Source: an uncultured Acidobacteriota bacterium (GTDB lineage: Bacteria; Acidobacteriota; Vicinamibacteria; Vicinamibacterales; UBA8438). From it: 64,000 bases of DNA. Positions 29,339 through 39,583 of this stretch are shown piece after piece. Position 1 is the stretch's first letter. Every line of letters starts with the position of its first letter. The position numbers were made by a program, and so were the translations under genes. The stretch is taken from the NCBI GenBank assembly GCA_913043225.1, contig CAJWLU010000004.1, positions 32,001-96,000 of the forward strand, read 5' to 3'. Under the pieces are notes generated by a model that was not told where the DNA came from, ran no database searches, and worked only from the letters and a program-made list of their open reading frames with translations.

Positions 29339-30862
29339 ATGGGCGGACCGGATCTCGCCGTCCTTGCGCTCTATCTCGTCGGCACCCTCTGGCTCGGACT
29401 CCGCTTCGCCGGTCCGCAACGCAACATCGACGACTATCTCCGAAACGGGCGACGCGCGCCCTGGTGGGTACTGACAGCATCGATCGTCGCAACCGAGACC
29501 AGCACCGTCACCGTTATCAGTATTCCCGGTTTCGCGTTCGGCACCGATCTGACGTTTCTCCAGCTAGTGATCGGGTATCTCGTCGGTCGGGTCGTAGTCA
29601 CCGTCGTACTCCTCCCCCGCTACTTCGCGGGCGACTACCTGACCGCCTATCAGATACTGACCGAACGTTTCGGCAGCGGCGTCGGACGGCTCGCCGCCGG
29701 GGTGTTCCTTATCACCAGAAACCTTGCGGACGGATTCAGGCTGTTCGGGGCCGGACTGGTCCTAGGCGCGGTACTGCTGACTCTTCCCGGCGCCTCGTCC
29801 CTCGCGACCGTGATCGTGCCTGGAAGCGCGCCAGCCACCACCCTACTGGTGGTCGGCGTGGTGCTACTCGGAACGATCACCATCATCTACACCTGGCTGG
29901 GCGGCATGAGCGCCGTCCTCTGGACGGACCTGCTCCAGCTCACCGTCTATGTCGGCGGCTCGGTGATCGCGGCCCTCATCCTGCTCGACCTGATCCCCGG
30001 CGGCTGGCTGGAGATTGGTGAGGTTGCTGGCAGCGCCGGACGACTGCGCCTTATCGACCTTTCGTGGTCGCTCGATCGCAGCTACACACTCTGGTCGGGC
30101 ATCATCGGCGGGGCGTTTCTAACCCTAGCCACGCATGGCACCGACCAGCTGCTCGTCCAGCGCTATCTGTGCACACGCTCGGCCAACGACGCCGGCCGCG
30201 CGCTGCTCTGGAGCGGCGTCCTCATCTTGCTTCAGTTCACCCTCTTTCTCTTGATCGGGGTAATGATGTTCGTCTACTACACGACCTACGCCCCGGACGC
30301 TCTCTCCGTCCTCGGAGCCGCGGGCTCGGTGCCCCCAGATCGGGTCTTCCCTCACTTCATTGTCACCGAGCTTCCCGCAGGCGTTCGGGGCATCATGGTG
30401 GCCGCGATTCTCGCCGCCGCCATGTCCACGCTCTCGTCGTCGCTGAGCGCCTCAGCGTCTACCACCCTGGCCGACTTCTATCTCCCCACGCGGCGACAGG
30501 AGCACACGCCGGCGCACGACCTCCGTGTGGCCCAGTGGTCCACTCTCGTCTGGGGTGTCGTCCAGCTCACGGTGGCGCTCGCGGCCATCAGCATCTCGGA
30601 CCGGATTATCGACGAGGTGCTCGGTATCTCGTCATTCACCGGCGGCCTAATCCTGGGGCTCTTTCTCCTTGGGGTGGCGGGATATCGTCGTCGCGCAACG
30701 GCCTATGCCGGCGTAGCCGGCGGGCTCGCCGTCATGCTGGGCATCCGCCTACTGACGACCGTCTCCTGGCAGTGGTATGTGCTTCTCGGAGCTACCGCGA
30801 CTATCCTGACCGGATGGCTTATCGACCGCTTCCTTGGAGACGAGACGATTGATACCCATTGA
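29339..30862 (+). CDS. Sodium:solute symporter (SSS)
   Basis: SIVATETS, GGMSAVLWTD, HGTDQLLVQRYL, AAAMSTLSSSL; many TM segments. Confidence 0.92.
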   Translation: MGGPDLAVLALYLVGTLWLGLRFAGPQRNIDDYLRNGRRAPWWVLTASIVATETSTVTVISIPGFAFGTDLTFLQLVIGYLVGRVVVTVVLLPRYFAGDYLTAYQILTERFGSGVGRLAAGVFLITRNLADGFRLFGAGLVLGAVLLTLPGASSLATVIVPGSAPATTLLVVGVVLLGTITIIYTWLGGMSAVLWTDLLQLTVYVGGSVIAALILLDLIPGGWLEIGEVAGSAGRLRLIDLSWSLDRSYTLWSGIIGGAFLTLATHGTDQLLVQRYLCTRSANDAGRALLWSGVLILLQFTLFLLIGVMMFVYYTTYAPDALSVLGAAGSVPPDRVFPHFIVTELPAGVRGIMVAAILAAAMSTLSSSLSASASTTLADFYLPTRRQEHTPAHDLRVAQWSTLVWGVVQLTVALAAISISDRIIDEVLGISSFTGGLILGLFLLGVAGYRRRATAYAGVAGGLAVMLGIRLLTTVSWQWYVLLGATATILTGWLIDRFLGDETIDTH

Positions 30863-31919
30863 TCGCTTTCGCGACATCTCGGCCATGATCGACCGGGCCA
30901 CCGAGACCAGGGTCTCGCCAGCTGTGGCCATCGAGGTTGGCCGTCCGGAGGGAGCGCTCTGGCGGCACGCCGCGGGACGTCTGACCTACGACGACGACGC
31001 CCCTGCTGCCACCCTGGAGACCATCTTCGATCTTGCCTCCCTGACCAAGGTCGTCGCCACCACATCGCTCGTCATGCGGGCCGTCGAGCAGGGCCAGCTT
31101 GAGCTGTCAGCCCAGGTGTCGGCCTATCTGCCCGCCTGGCAGGGACATGACCGTGACTCGGCCACCCTCCTTGACCTGCTCGAGCACGCCAGCGGTCTCA
31201 CGGCACATCTTCCCTTCTTCCGCGACCATCGAGGACGCGCAGAGTTTGAAGCGGCCATCTGCTCGCTCCCACTCGAATACTCGCCGCGGTCTCAATCGAT
31301 CTATAGCGATCTGGGCTTCATCCTGCTCGGTTTCATCCTAAGCGATGTCGTCGCCACGCCGCTCGATCGCCAGTGGGCGGAGCTCTCCGAGCAGCTCGAG
31401 CTTGGCGATCTCCGCTACCGCCCGCCACGGACGTGGCGCCCACGCATCGCGCCGACCGAGCTCGACCCGTGGCGCGGACGGCTCCTACAGGGTGAGGTTC
31501 ACGACGAGAACGGGTGGGCCCTCGACGGCGTCGCCGGGCACACTGGGCTGTTCGGCACGGTGGCCGCCGTCAGCCGTTTCGCCCGGGTCATGCTTGCCAC
31601 CATGACCAGGTCAACGCCGCTGGGCAGTCCCGACACGGCACGTCGCTTCTTCACCAGGACTACCGTCTCCGGAAGCTCGCGCGCCCTGGGGTGGGACACC
31701 ATGCTTCCCACGTCCTCTTGCGGCGACCGTCTGTCCCCCTCTGCAATCGGACACACGGGATTCACCGGCACCTCGCTCTGGATCGACCCCGACGCCGGCT
31801 TCTACGTCGTGCTCTTGACCAATCGCGTCTACCCTACCCGCGCCAACGAGGCCATCCTGGATCTGCGCCCCGCCATCCACAACGCCGTAGCTCAACGCCT
31901 CGCATCCGAACTGGCATGA
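30849..31919 (+). CDS. Beta-lactamase-fold serine hydrolase (AmiE/YbbE-like)
   Basis: FDLASLTK (SxxK), YSDLGF, GEVHDEN, AGHTGLF, GHTGFTGTSLWIDP; start uncertain. Confidence 0.88.
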   Translation: MIPIDRFRDISAMIDRATETRVSPAVAIEVGRPEGALWRHAAGRLTYDDDAPAATLETIFDLASLTKVVATTSLVMRAVEQGQLELSAQVSAYLPAWQGHDRDSATLLDLLEHASGLTAHLPFFRDHRGRAEFEAAICSLPLEYSPRSQSIYSDLGFILLGFILSDVVATPLDRQWAELSEQLELGDLRYRPPRTWRPRIAPTELDPWRGRLLQGEVHDENGWALDGVAGHTGLFGTVAAVSRFARVMLATMTRSTPLGSPDTARRFFTRTTVSGSSRALGWDTMLPTSSCGDRLSPSAIGHTGFTGTSLWIDPDAGFYVVLLTNRVYPTRANEAILDLRPAIHNAVAQRLASELA

Positions 31920-31923
31920 TCCC

Positions 31924-33657
31924 ATGGCGTTGACCGCGCTCGACTGGTCGATCCTCACTGTCTTCCTGCTCTTCCCTCTCGTGATCGCCGCCCGCTCAGC
32001 CGCGACGGCCGGACAAAGCCTTGAGCAGTACTTCCTGGCCGGACGGCAGCTTCCCTGGTGGCTGGCCGGAACCTCAATGGTGGCTACGACGTTCGCCGCC
32101 GACACGCCACTCGCCGTTACCGGCATCGTGGCTGCGAACGGCGTCGCCGGCAACTGGATCTGGTGGAGCGGCGCCCTGGGCAGCATGCTGAGCGTGTTGT
32201 TCTTCGCCCGTCTCTGGCGACGGGCCGGCATTCCCACCGACGTGGCGTTCGTAGAAATCAGGTACTCTGGGCGACGCGCCGCGGTCCTGCGCGCGGTGCG
32301 CGCGCTCTACCTCGGTCTCCCGATAAACTGCATGATCATCGGCTGGGTTAACCTGGCCATGGCCAAGATCCTGAACGTGACCCTTGGCTGGGACCGTCTG
32401 ACCGCCGTCCTGGCCGGCCTGGCTCTGACCGGCGTCTACGTCTCGCTGTCCGGTCTGCGTGGCGTCGTCCTGACAGATCTCATCCAGTTCGGCTTCGCCA
32501 TGCTCGGCGCCATCGCCATCGCGGCCTTCGCACTCTCCGACCCGGCCGTTGGCGGCCTCGATGGACTACGAACGCGACTGCCGGACGAAACGCTCCGCTT
32601 CCTGCCTACGCTTGACCAGGGCGTCGGCGACACCGCCGCGCTCTCGCTTGCCGCGTTCCTCGCCTATCTGGGCGTACAGTGGTGGGCCAGCTGGTATCCC
32701 GGACAGGAGCCTGGCGGGGGCGGCTATCTGGCTCAACGGATGATGGCTGCGCGGGACGAGCGCCACTCGATACTCGCCACGCTCTGGTTCACGCTAGCCC
32801 ACTACTGCCTTCGCCCGTGGCCCTGGATCCTCGCCGCCCTGGCGACACTCCTGCTCTACCCTGATCTCGCTGACCCCGAATCGGGTTATGCGTTCCTGAT
32901 TCGCGACCATCTTCCGGCGGGCTGGCGGGGTCTCGTCCTCGGTGGGTTCGTCGCGGCGTTCATGTCGACTATGTCGACCCAGCTCAACTGGGGCACATCG
33001 TATTTGGTACACGACGTCTATGCGCGATTATTACGGCCACACGCCAATGAGCGGCACTACGTCCTGGTCGGCCGGCTCACCACGCTCCTGGTCATGGCGC
33101 TCAGCGCCGGGGTGACGCTCCATCTCGAAAGCGTACGGCAGGCATGGGAAATCGTGCTGGAGGCGGGAGCCGGCATCGGACTAGTCCTCATCCTCCGGTG
33201 GTACTGGTGGCGCGTGAACGCCTGGTCCGAGATCGTCGCCATGCTAGCGCCCCTCGTCGGCGTCCTCGTCCTCCGCCTCAGCGGAGGCGCGGCGTTCCCC
33301 GAGTCACTTTTCGTGATCGTAGCCTGGACGACAGTCTGCTGGCTCGCGGTCACCGCGCTGACCGCGCCAGAAACAGACGACACACTGGAAACGTTCTACC
33401 GCCGGGCACGGCCGCCGGGCCCCGGCTGGACCTTTCTTGCCAGGCGAGTCGGCGCCCCGGCCCCGGGCCCGATAACCGGACAGCTACTCGACTGGGTGAC
33501 CGGCGTCGCGATGATCTACGGCGTCTTGTTCGGGGCAGGCACCCTTCTTCTCAACGACACTATCCTCGCATTGCCGATGCTGGGCACTAGCTTGCTGAGT
33601 GGGATGTGGCTCTACCGTCGGTTGACAGCGAGAGGGTGGGGCTCGCCGACCCGGTAG
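31924..33657 (+). CDS. Sodium:solute symporter (second, distinct subfamily)
   Basis: YFLAGR.LPWW, SMVATTFAADTP, EPGGGGY.AQRM, AAFMST. Confidence 0.92.
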   Translation: MALTALDWSILTVFLLFPLVIAARSAATAGQSLEQYFLAGRQLPWWLAGTSMVATTFAADTPLAVTGIVAANGVAGNWIWWSGALGSMLSVLFFARLWRRAGIPTDVAFVEIRYSGRRAAVLRAVRALYLGLPINCMIIGWVNLAMAKILNVTLGWDRLTAVLAGLALTGVYVSLSGLRGVVLTDLIQFGFAMLGAIAIAAFALSDPAVGGLDGLRTRLPDETLRFLPTLDQGVGDTAALSLAAFLAYLGVQWWASWYPGQEPGGGGYLAQRMMAARDERHSILATLWFTLAHYCLRPWPWILAALATLLLYPDLADPESGYAFLIRDHLPAGWRGLVLGGFVAAFMSTMSTQLNWGTSYLVHDVYARLLRPHANERHYVLVGRLTTLLVMALSAGVTLHLESVRQAWEIVLEAGAGIGLVLILRWYWWRVNAWSEIVAMLAPLVGVLVLRLSGGAAFPESLFVIVAWTTVCWLAVTALTAPETDDTLETFYRRARPPGPGWTFLARRVGAPAPGPITGQLLDWVTGVAMIYGVLFGAGTLLLNDTILALPMLGTSLLSGMWLYRRLTARGWGSPTR

Positions 33658-33667
33658 GCGCAAGCGT

Positions 33668-35164
33668 CTACTTGTCGACGGTTACGGTGACCTGTGTCGC
33701 CGTACTTGCTCCATCGAGAGCCCTGAACGCCGTCACCTCCACAGTGAAGGTCTTGCTCGTCTCGCTGGTGGTCCAGTTGTAGGTGTGCGGCACCGAATTC
33801 GCACTGCCAGTAGTCGTAAAGCCGTCGTCGAAGTCCGAGTCATGCGAGAGACTACGGTCGTCGACGGTGACACCGTCGCCGTGAATGTCACTGTAGAACC
33901 TGCCTTCGGGGAACTCGGACTGAATGTCAGGTTTACCGAGAAGACGCTGGGCGCCACGACCAGCGTGATCTCCGCCATTCCGGTCGTGCCATCGGTATTG
34001 CTCGCAGTGACGGTCACCGTACGATTCCCGGCCGTGGTGTAGACATGGCTCGTGCTGTTGCCGTTCGTCCGAATCGACGTGCCATCCCCAAACGTCCAGT
34101 CGAAGTGCTGGATCGGCACCGTCGTCGTGCCCGTATTGGCCGTGAAGGTCACGGCTTCGTTGACCGTCGCCTGCGCCTGACTGGCGCTCAGGGTCACGTT
34201 GAACGGCACGGCCGGCGTCACCCGAACCACGGCAGACGCCGTGACACCCTGTCCGGTTGTATCGACGACCGTCGCCACGACCTGGTAGGTTCCGGCTACC
34301 CCGTAAACGTGCGAGACCGATGCTGTCCCAGTCACACTGCCCAATGCCGCCAACGGAGAACCATCCCCAAAGTCCACCGAAACGGTCGCAATCGGCGCCC
34401 CGCCTGCCTCGACACCGGTCACGACGCTGAACGTCGTGGTGCCTCCGGCCACCAGCGAGGCCGTCGTCTGCGTGATCGAAATCGAGGGCGCCGGATTGAC
34501 CGTCACAGCCACTGTGCCCGTAATGGTGCCGCTCACGGTCGCAGTCACGGTTGCACTAACGCTCGTCGTCAGGGTCGTCGTCGCGATGCCGTTAACATCG
34601 GTCGTCGCCCAAGTGGTCCCCAGGCTGCCCGACATTGCCGAGAACGACACGGGCACGCCATTGAGTCGATTACCGCTCGCATCCGAAACTGCCGCGGAGA
34701 TCTCGACCGCACCTCCCGTCGCTGACAAAACGGCCGGGTTCGCCGTCACCGCATCCCATCGGCCGCCGCACCTCCGATCAGCGCAGTGATGGGTGCTTCG
34801 GTCCGCGCGCTCCCGCTGAACGCCAAAATCTCAGCCGTCCCAGACTGGATACCAGCGCGCAGCGTGACCTTGGCTTGGCCGTTGCCGGTGACGGCCTCGG
34901 TCGGGTCGAGCGTGCCCAGGGTCGACGTAAGCGTCACTAGGGTCCCGTTGTGGGCCGGCGTTCCGCTCTCTTCGATCACGATCGCCGTAAGCTCGGCGTT
35001 GCCGTTGATGGGCAGAATGCTCCGGCTGGATACGACGGTAATCACCGACTGGGTCGGCGCCAACAGCGGCACCTTCTGGCAGAAGCCAAGCACCAGGAGG
35101 GCCGAGGCCCTAAGGCTTTCAGGATCAACCACCGACGAACGGACGTGTGCGTGCGTGGTACCAT
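33668..35164 (-). pseudogene. Ig-like (Big/PKD) repeat lipoprotein split by three frameshifts
   Basis: MVPRTHTSVRRWLILKALG / ...GFCQKVPLLAP...GGAAAD / VTANP...VDFGDG...WTFGDG...SR / DFDDG...VTVTVDK*; frame changes near 35110, 34755, 33840. Confidence 0.8.
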
Positions 35165-35189
35165 CGGTTCTAACATCGATACGACCGGC

Positions 35190-35984
35190 ATGGCTCCCGA
35201 GCAACAACAGCGGCAGTTAGCGAGCGAGCGGGGCTACGCGATGGCTGGCATGCTGGTGGCGATCGCCATCATGGGGATCACCATGTCAATGCTCCTGCCC
35301 TCTTGGAGCACCTACGTCCAACGTGAGAAAGAGGCGGAACTCATATTCCGGGGCGAGCAGTACATGCGCGCCATCGAGCTCTACCAACGTCAGTTCCCCG
35401 GCGCCTACCCCACCGGCGTCGAGATGCTGGTCGAACAGCGGTTTCTCCGTCGTGCCTACCTCGACCCGATGACCGGCTCGGACTTCCAACTGCTCGATCC
35501 GACCTCGGTCACCGCGGCCGTCGGTGAGGTGCAGGAGGTCATACCCGGGGTAAACATCCAGCAGCCTGGAGTGACCCGGGTTCAGCAGAGACCGGCGAAC
35601 CCACGCAGCGAGAGGGCGCCGATGACCGAAGCGGGGCGAGGCCTGGAGAACGGAGACGGGATCATCGGGGTCGCGACCACCGCCACCGGAGACTCCATGG
35701 CGCTCTACAACGGCCGGAACAAGTACGAAGACTGGCTGTTTGTCTACATGCCGCAGGTCACTGACCCCGGCCAGGCGGCGGCTGGCGCATTACCCGGCCC
35801 GTCGCAGAGGAACCCAGTTATTGGCGACCCGTTCGACGGCGTCGAGAATCCGAGCGGAGGCTTCGGAGACCGTCGTGGACCCGGCGGTGCGGATAGTCAG
35901 GGCGGACTGCGCGGTCGGCCTGGAGACAACCAGCCAGGCACTTCACGCGGCACCTCGCCGGGCGGCACGGTCCCTCCAAATTAG
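35190..35984 (+). CDS. Type II secretion / type IV pilin-like protein with disordered Gly/Pro tail
   Basis: Prepilin-like ERG|YAMAGMLVAIAIM, REKEAELIFRG.QY..AI, FLRR.Y.DPMTG. Confidence 0.8.
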   Translation: MAPEQQQRQLASERGYAMAGMLVAIAIMGITMSMLLPSWSTYVQREKEAELIFRGEQYMRAIELYQRQFPGAYPTGVEMLVEQRFLRRAYLDPMTGSDFQLLDPTSVTAAVGEVQEVIPGVNIQQPGVTRVQQRPANPRSERAPMTEAGRGLENGDGIIGVATTATGDSMALYNGRNKYEDWLFVYMPQVTDPGQAAAGALPGPSQRNPVIGDPFDGVENPSGGFGDRRGPGGADSQGGLRGRPGDNQPGTSRGTSPGGTVPPN

Positions 35985-35998
35985 GAGCCCGCTACGGC

Positions 35999-36436
35999 CT
36001 ACCACTCCGCATAGTTCGAACCGTCCAGTGCCTGGCTCTGGGCACCACTACGAACGTCGAAAATCCCTTGAGATAGCGGGTTCGTCGGATCAAGTTCGGC
36101 CAGCACCGGCGTCCAGGTCGCGTTCGAGTCGGTGAACGGGTCAATCGGAATCGAACGCAGATAGCCCCCGTCTACCAACATGTCCAACGAGCCAGGGTAC
36201 TCGTTCCGATCGGCGTAGTGCTGGTCGATCGCGTCGCGCATCCTGAACAGGTCTTCCTTCAGGACCGCCTCACGCGAACGTCGTACCGCGGTGCCGTAGC
36301 TAACCACGGCGATCCCGGCCATGATCACAACCAGTGAGATGACGATGAGCATCTCAGCGAGGGTCCATCCGTCGGTACGGCGCAGATCACGCCAGTTGCA
36401 GACCGGACGATGCCCACCGTTCCTTTGTCTCACCAT
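35999..36436 (-). CDS. Pseudopilin (GspG-like)
   Basis: G|WTLAEMLIVI, REAVLKEDL..MRDAIDQ, YLRSIPIDPFT. Confidence 0.88.
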   Translation of the reverse strand: MVRQRNGGHRPVCNWRDLRRTDGWTLAEMLIVISLVVIMAGIAVVSYGTAVRRSREAVLKEDLFRMRDAIDQHYADRNEYPGSLDMLVDGGYLRSIPIDPFTDSNATWTPVLAELDPTNPLSQGIFDVRSGAQSQALDGSNYAEW

Positions 36437-36933
36437 TCGTTATAGTTCGTTCCGTCAAGGGCACTCGCCCGTGACCTGGTATACACGTCGTAGACGTTGT
36501 CGCCACTCCAACTTGTCGCGCCAGGGTCGTCCTGATAAGCCCGCAACCCCCATTCCTGGCTCTTGGTGATCGGGTCGAACGGAATACGACGGAGAAACTT
36601 CAGCTTGCGTCCAGTCGCGTCGTTGGTAACCTCCACTCCTTCGACCAATGTCTCCAGGTCTGGCGGATACCCCTCGCTCCCAGCTCGCACGTCCGTTCCT
36701 CCGATCATGCCCAAATCGACGGCGTCCTTGTATCTGTCGATCGCCGTACGCATCTCGCGCAAAGACCTTCGCAGCTCAGCCTCGCGCTGCCGCTGCATAG
36801 TGACCTGACTCAATGGCAGCACGGCCGAAGCCAGCACCAGCAGGATGGCGCTGACGACGAGGAGTTCCACAAAACTGTAGCCGCGCGAGGACCGCAGCCG
36901 CTTTAACAGGGACGCAGAGGTCCGGTCGGGCAT
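36430..36933 (-). CDS. Pseudopilin (GspG-like)
   Basis: RG|YSFVELLVV, REAELRRSLREMRTAID, KFLRRIPFDP. Confidence 0.88.
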   Translation of the reverse strand: MPDRTSASLLKRLRSSRGYSFVELLVVSAILLVLASAVLPLSQVTMQRQREAELRRSLREMRTAIDRYKDAVDLGMIGGTDVRAGSEGYPPDLETLVEGVEVTNDATGRKLKFLRRIPFDPITKSQEWGLRAYQDDPGATSWSGDNVYDVYTRSRASALDGTNYNEW

Positions 36934-36940
36934 GGGCGAC

Positions 36941-37342
36941 TCATTGGACGGTCACCGTGACCGGGGAGAACGTAAGCGCGATTGGCGCCCCACCCGGGGT
37001 CATCTCGGTGCCACTCAGATCGAGTGTAACCGACCCCGGCCCCACCGCATCGAAAAGCACCGCCGCAAGCAGACCCGCTCCGGCCGCGCCTGCCTGGTCG
37101 CTGGCGCGGGTCGCCAAGATGTCTATCCGACCGGCCGCCCCATCGACCTACTGCAGGAAAACCACATCGTTTCGCCCCTGATCCCCGGCAGGAAGCGCGC
37201 CCACCAGGACAGTCGGAGTCACTGGCGGCAGCGCCATCCCTCCGCTCGAGTCTCCTGCCTCGGACGCCCCACATCCGGCCATGGCCAGGCTTGCCAACGC
37301 TAAGCTCCAGAGAGCGCCCGTTCTCTGTTTACGACTCTGCAT
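36941..37342 (-). pseudogene. Deletion chimera: N-terminus of a small membrane/lipoprotein joined to the cohesin-like C-terminus expected of the secretin, with in-frame TAG
   Basis: MQSRKQ...AMAGC...VVFLQ*VDGAAGRIDI...GAGLLAAVLFDAVGPGSVTL...FSPVTVTVQ*; stop at 37148-37150; sits where the secretin belongs. Confidence 0.65.
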
Positions 37343-37907
37343 CCAGTCCAGCCCAGTAATAGGTGGACAACCCCAGGGTCAGAGTAAGGGCTTCTTCGAC
37401 CTCATCTCCCTTGCTGAGGATGACCTCCTCGATCAGGATGAACTCCGGCGCCGTTTCCACCGCATAGATAAACCGTCGTATGTCTTCGTACTCGCCGGCC
37501 AGCATCATCGTCGTACGAAGCTGCGCAAGCAGGCTCTCCCTCTCCTTTTCGGGCACACTGCTCGAACGCTCCAGCACAAGATCACTCTCTTCAGCGAGCC
37601 GATCGAGAAATGGCGAAAGGATTAGCCGCGCGCCTGCCAGATCCCTAGGGATAACCTCTTGATAAAATCTCTCCAACTCATTGTCAGCCAATGACTTGTT
37701 GTTTATTGCCGTTGTCGCTTCACTAAACGCGGTCCGCACCTGCTCTATCTGTGCGTCCGCGGTGGCCATACGTGCCTCAGATTGAGACACCTTGGCCAAC
37801 CATGGGTTGATCGCGAAGGCATAGAGGACTACATCTACCACTAAGATCGCACCCACCACGGTGACAAATGTTCGCTTTTCAGCCAGGATCCGGTTGAGCA
37901 GCGTCAT
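37329..37907 (-). CDS. pilO: PilO/GspM-like assembly protein
   Basis: N-terminal TM, coiled coil, GEYEDIRRFIYAVE.APEF; follows PilN-like gene. Confidence 0.8.
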   Translation of the reverse strand: MTLLNRILAEKRTFVTVVGAILVVDVVLYAFAINPWLAKVSQSEARMATADAQIEQVRTAFSEATTAINNKSLADNELERFYQEVIPRDLAGARLILSPFLDRLAEESDLVLERSSSVPEKERESLLAQLRTTMMLAGEYEDIRRFIYAVETAPEFILIEEVILSKGDEVEEALTLTLGLSTYYWAGLDAES

Positions 37908-38590
37908 CTCGGCTCCTCATCGGCCGCGGCTGCCTCCGCAGTCGGAATCGCCTCATCTGTCGCATCGACCGATTCGTCTGTCTCCAGAGAAGCGTCGTTC
38001 TCCTCGGAGTCCGCCTCCTCCCCGACCAGTCCAAGCGCCGGCGTCTGCAGATAACGGCCTCGAAGCACGGCCCGATACATCCCGTCCTCTGTCAGTTCCG
38101 CCTGCCGGTTCAGCACTCCGGTAAAATCGCCCGAAGCCTCAAGCTTGTCGATGAAGCCGCTGATGTCGTCGAGCCGGCGCCCCAGCACCCCCATGGTGAC
38201 CTCGATCCGCTCCGGCGATATATCCGGTTGCACTTGCGTCAGCATGACGTCTGGGGGAAGCGTGGTCTCGATACGGTTGAAGAAATCGGTCCAGGAGAAC
38301 ACTCGCTGATCGATCAAAGCGTTGGCCTCCCGGGCGGCAGCCGCCACCTGCTTAAGCGCTTCCGGCTTCACCGCCTGTTCAATCTGGGCTGTCTGGGTGC
38401 TGAGCTGGGCGGTCTCAGCCTCGGCCGTCTCGGCGCGAGAGACGAGCTCGGTATTCCGTCGGGACAGGTCCGTGATCTCGACGATCTCCAATCCCAGCAC
38501 GGCCAGGCCTAGCACTGCCACCAGGCCGAGACCCAGATACACGGCGCGCTCGTTGTAGAAGGGACGCGTGGCGAGATTGGTACGAAGCAT
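37904..38590 (-). CDS. pilN: PilN-like assembly protein
   Basis: MLRTNLATRPF, TM, FSW..FF..IE..LP.DV.L, FI.KLE. Confidence 0.82.
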   Translation of the reverse strand: MLRTNLATRPFYNERAVYLGLGLVAVLGLAVLGLEIVEITDLSRRNTELVSRAETAEAETAQLSTQTAQIEQAVKPEALKQVAAAAREANALIDQRVFSWTDFFNRIETTLPPDVMLTQVQPDISPERIEVTMGVLGRRLDDISGFIDKLEASGDFTGVLNRQAELTEDGMYRAVLRGRYLQTPALGLVGEEADSEENDASLETDESVDATDEAIPTAEAAAADEEPR

Positions 38591-38595
38591 GGGAC

Positions 38596-39564
38596 CTATG
38601 CTGCTGTTTCGGTCGACGAGCGCTCCCGCAACAGGAGTCCCACCGGCGCGGCTAGCAGATCGGGCGAAACACCCTCGGCCCCGGCGCCCGAAAGCGCCAG
38701 CTCCGCACCGATGGCCTGGACCGATACGCCTAACCGGCTTTCGAGCGTGACGCGCAGAACGTCGGCCTCCTCCGGGCTTGTCTCGACCAGGCCGACCACT
38801 AGCAGCACACGCGAGAAACCGGCGCCGCCAAGACGATCCTCGTGGTACATCGTGGTCTGGTGTACCAGATCCACGAGGTTGCCGTCTCCCTCGAAGGAGC
38901 GGTTCCGGAACAGGATCAACTGGCCATGTCGGACCACGGCAATGGTGCTGTAGCTGTGAGCCACGTGGACCAGCAGCCAGTCCCCTTCGCTCATCGTCCG
39001 GCCGGCTAGGACGCCATTGATCAGGCTGAAGCTCGAGAGATCCACAACCCCGGCGTGCACTCCAGCAGCGGAGCAGACCGACTCGTATTCCTCGACTATG
39101 TCGCGGCGCATCAACGACACCACGTACTCCCTTCCGCCGCCTTCGAGCGCGCGTCCCTGAGAGTACGTTACCTGCGCATCCTCCACCCGAAAGGGCGCGG
39201 TCTTGCGCGCCTGCCATCGAACGAGTTCCTTCAAGTCTGCGCTCCGGCTCGGAATCTGCTCGAAGCTGGTCAGCGACACCTTCGCCGCGCTGTCCGGCAC
39301 CACCAGCGCCAGGCGGTTCGGCGACCCAGGCAGCGCCTCGAGCACGTTACGCACCGCCGCTTCGACGGCCGCGCGGTCTCCGAGATTTGAGGCATTCGCC
39401 GACGCTATCAGGGCACCCTCGGGCAACGGCGCCGTGGACACTGCAGTGACCTCTCGCGCGCCCCGTCCCAGCGCAACCCCGGTCACCCGGTCGGTGGCAA
39501 TCTGCAGGCTGACCCCGGCTGGACCCGGAGCAAGTAGACGGCGAAGCCATGCACCTCTGGCCAT
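38596..39564 (-). CDS. pilM: PilM-like actin-fold assembly protein
   Basis: LVVPD...KV, LVRWQ.RK..PF, EYE.....AG...G; between ATPase and PilN-like gene. Confidence 0.8.
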   Translation of the reverse strand: MARGAWLRRLLAPGPAGVSLQIATDRVTGVALGRGAREVTAVSTAPLPEGALIASANASNLGDRAAVEAAVRNVLEALPGSPNRLALVVPDSAAKVSLTSFEQIPSRSADLKELVRWQARKTAPFRVEDAQVTYSQGRALEGGGREYVVSLMRRDIVEEYESVCSAAGVHAGVVDLSSFSLINGVLAGRTMSEGDWLLVHVAHSYSTIAVVRHGQLILFRNRSFEGDGNLVDLVHQTTMYHEDRLGGAGFSRVLLVVGLVETSPEEADVLRVTLESRLGVSVQAIGAELALSGAGAEGVSPDLLAAPVGLLLRERSSTETAA

Positions 39565-39583
39565 GATCCTTCCTTAGAGGAGG

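Noticed and set aside
37148..37150. In-frame TAG as pyrrolysine or programmed read-through
   Set aside because: No pyl genes in the window, TAG is a normal stop for many genes here, and the ORF looks like a deletion remnant
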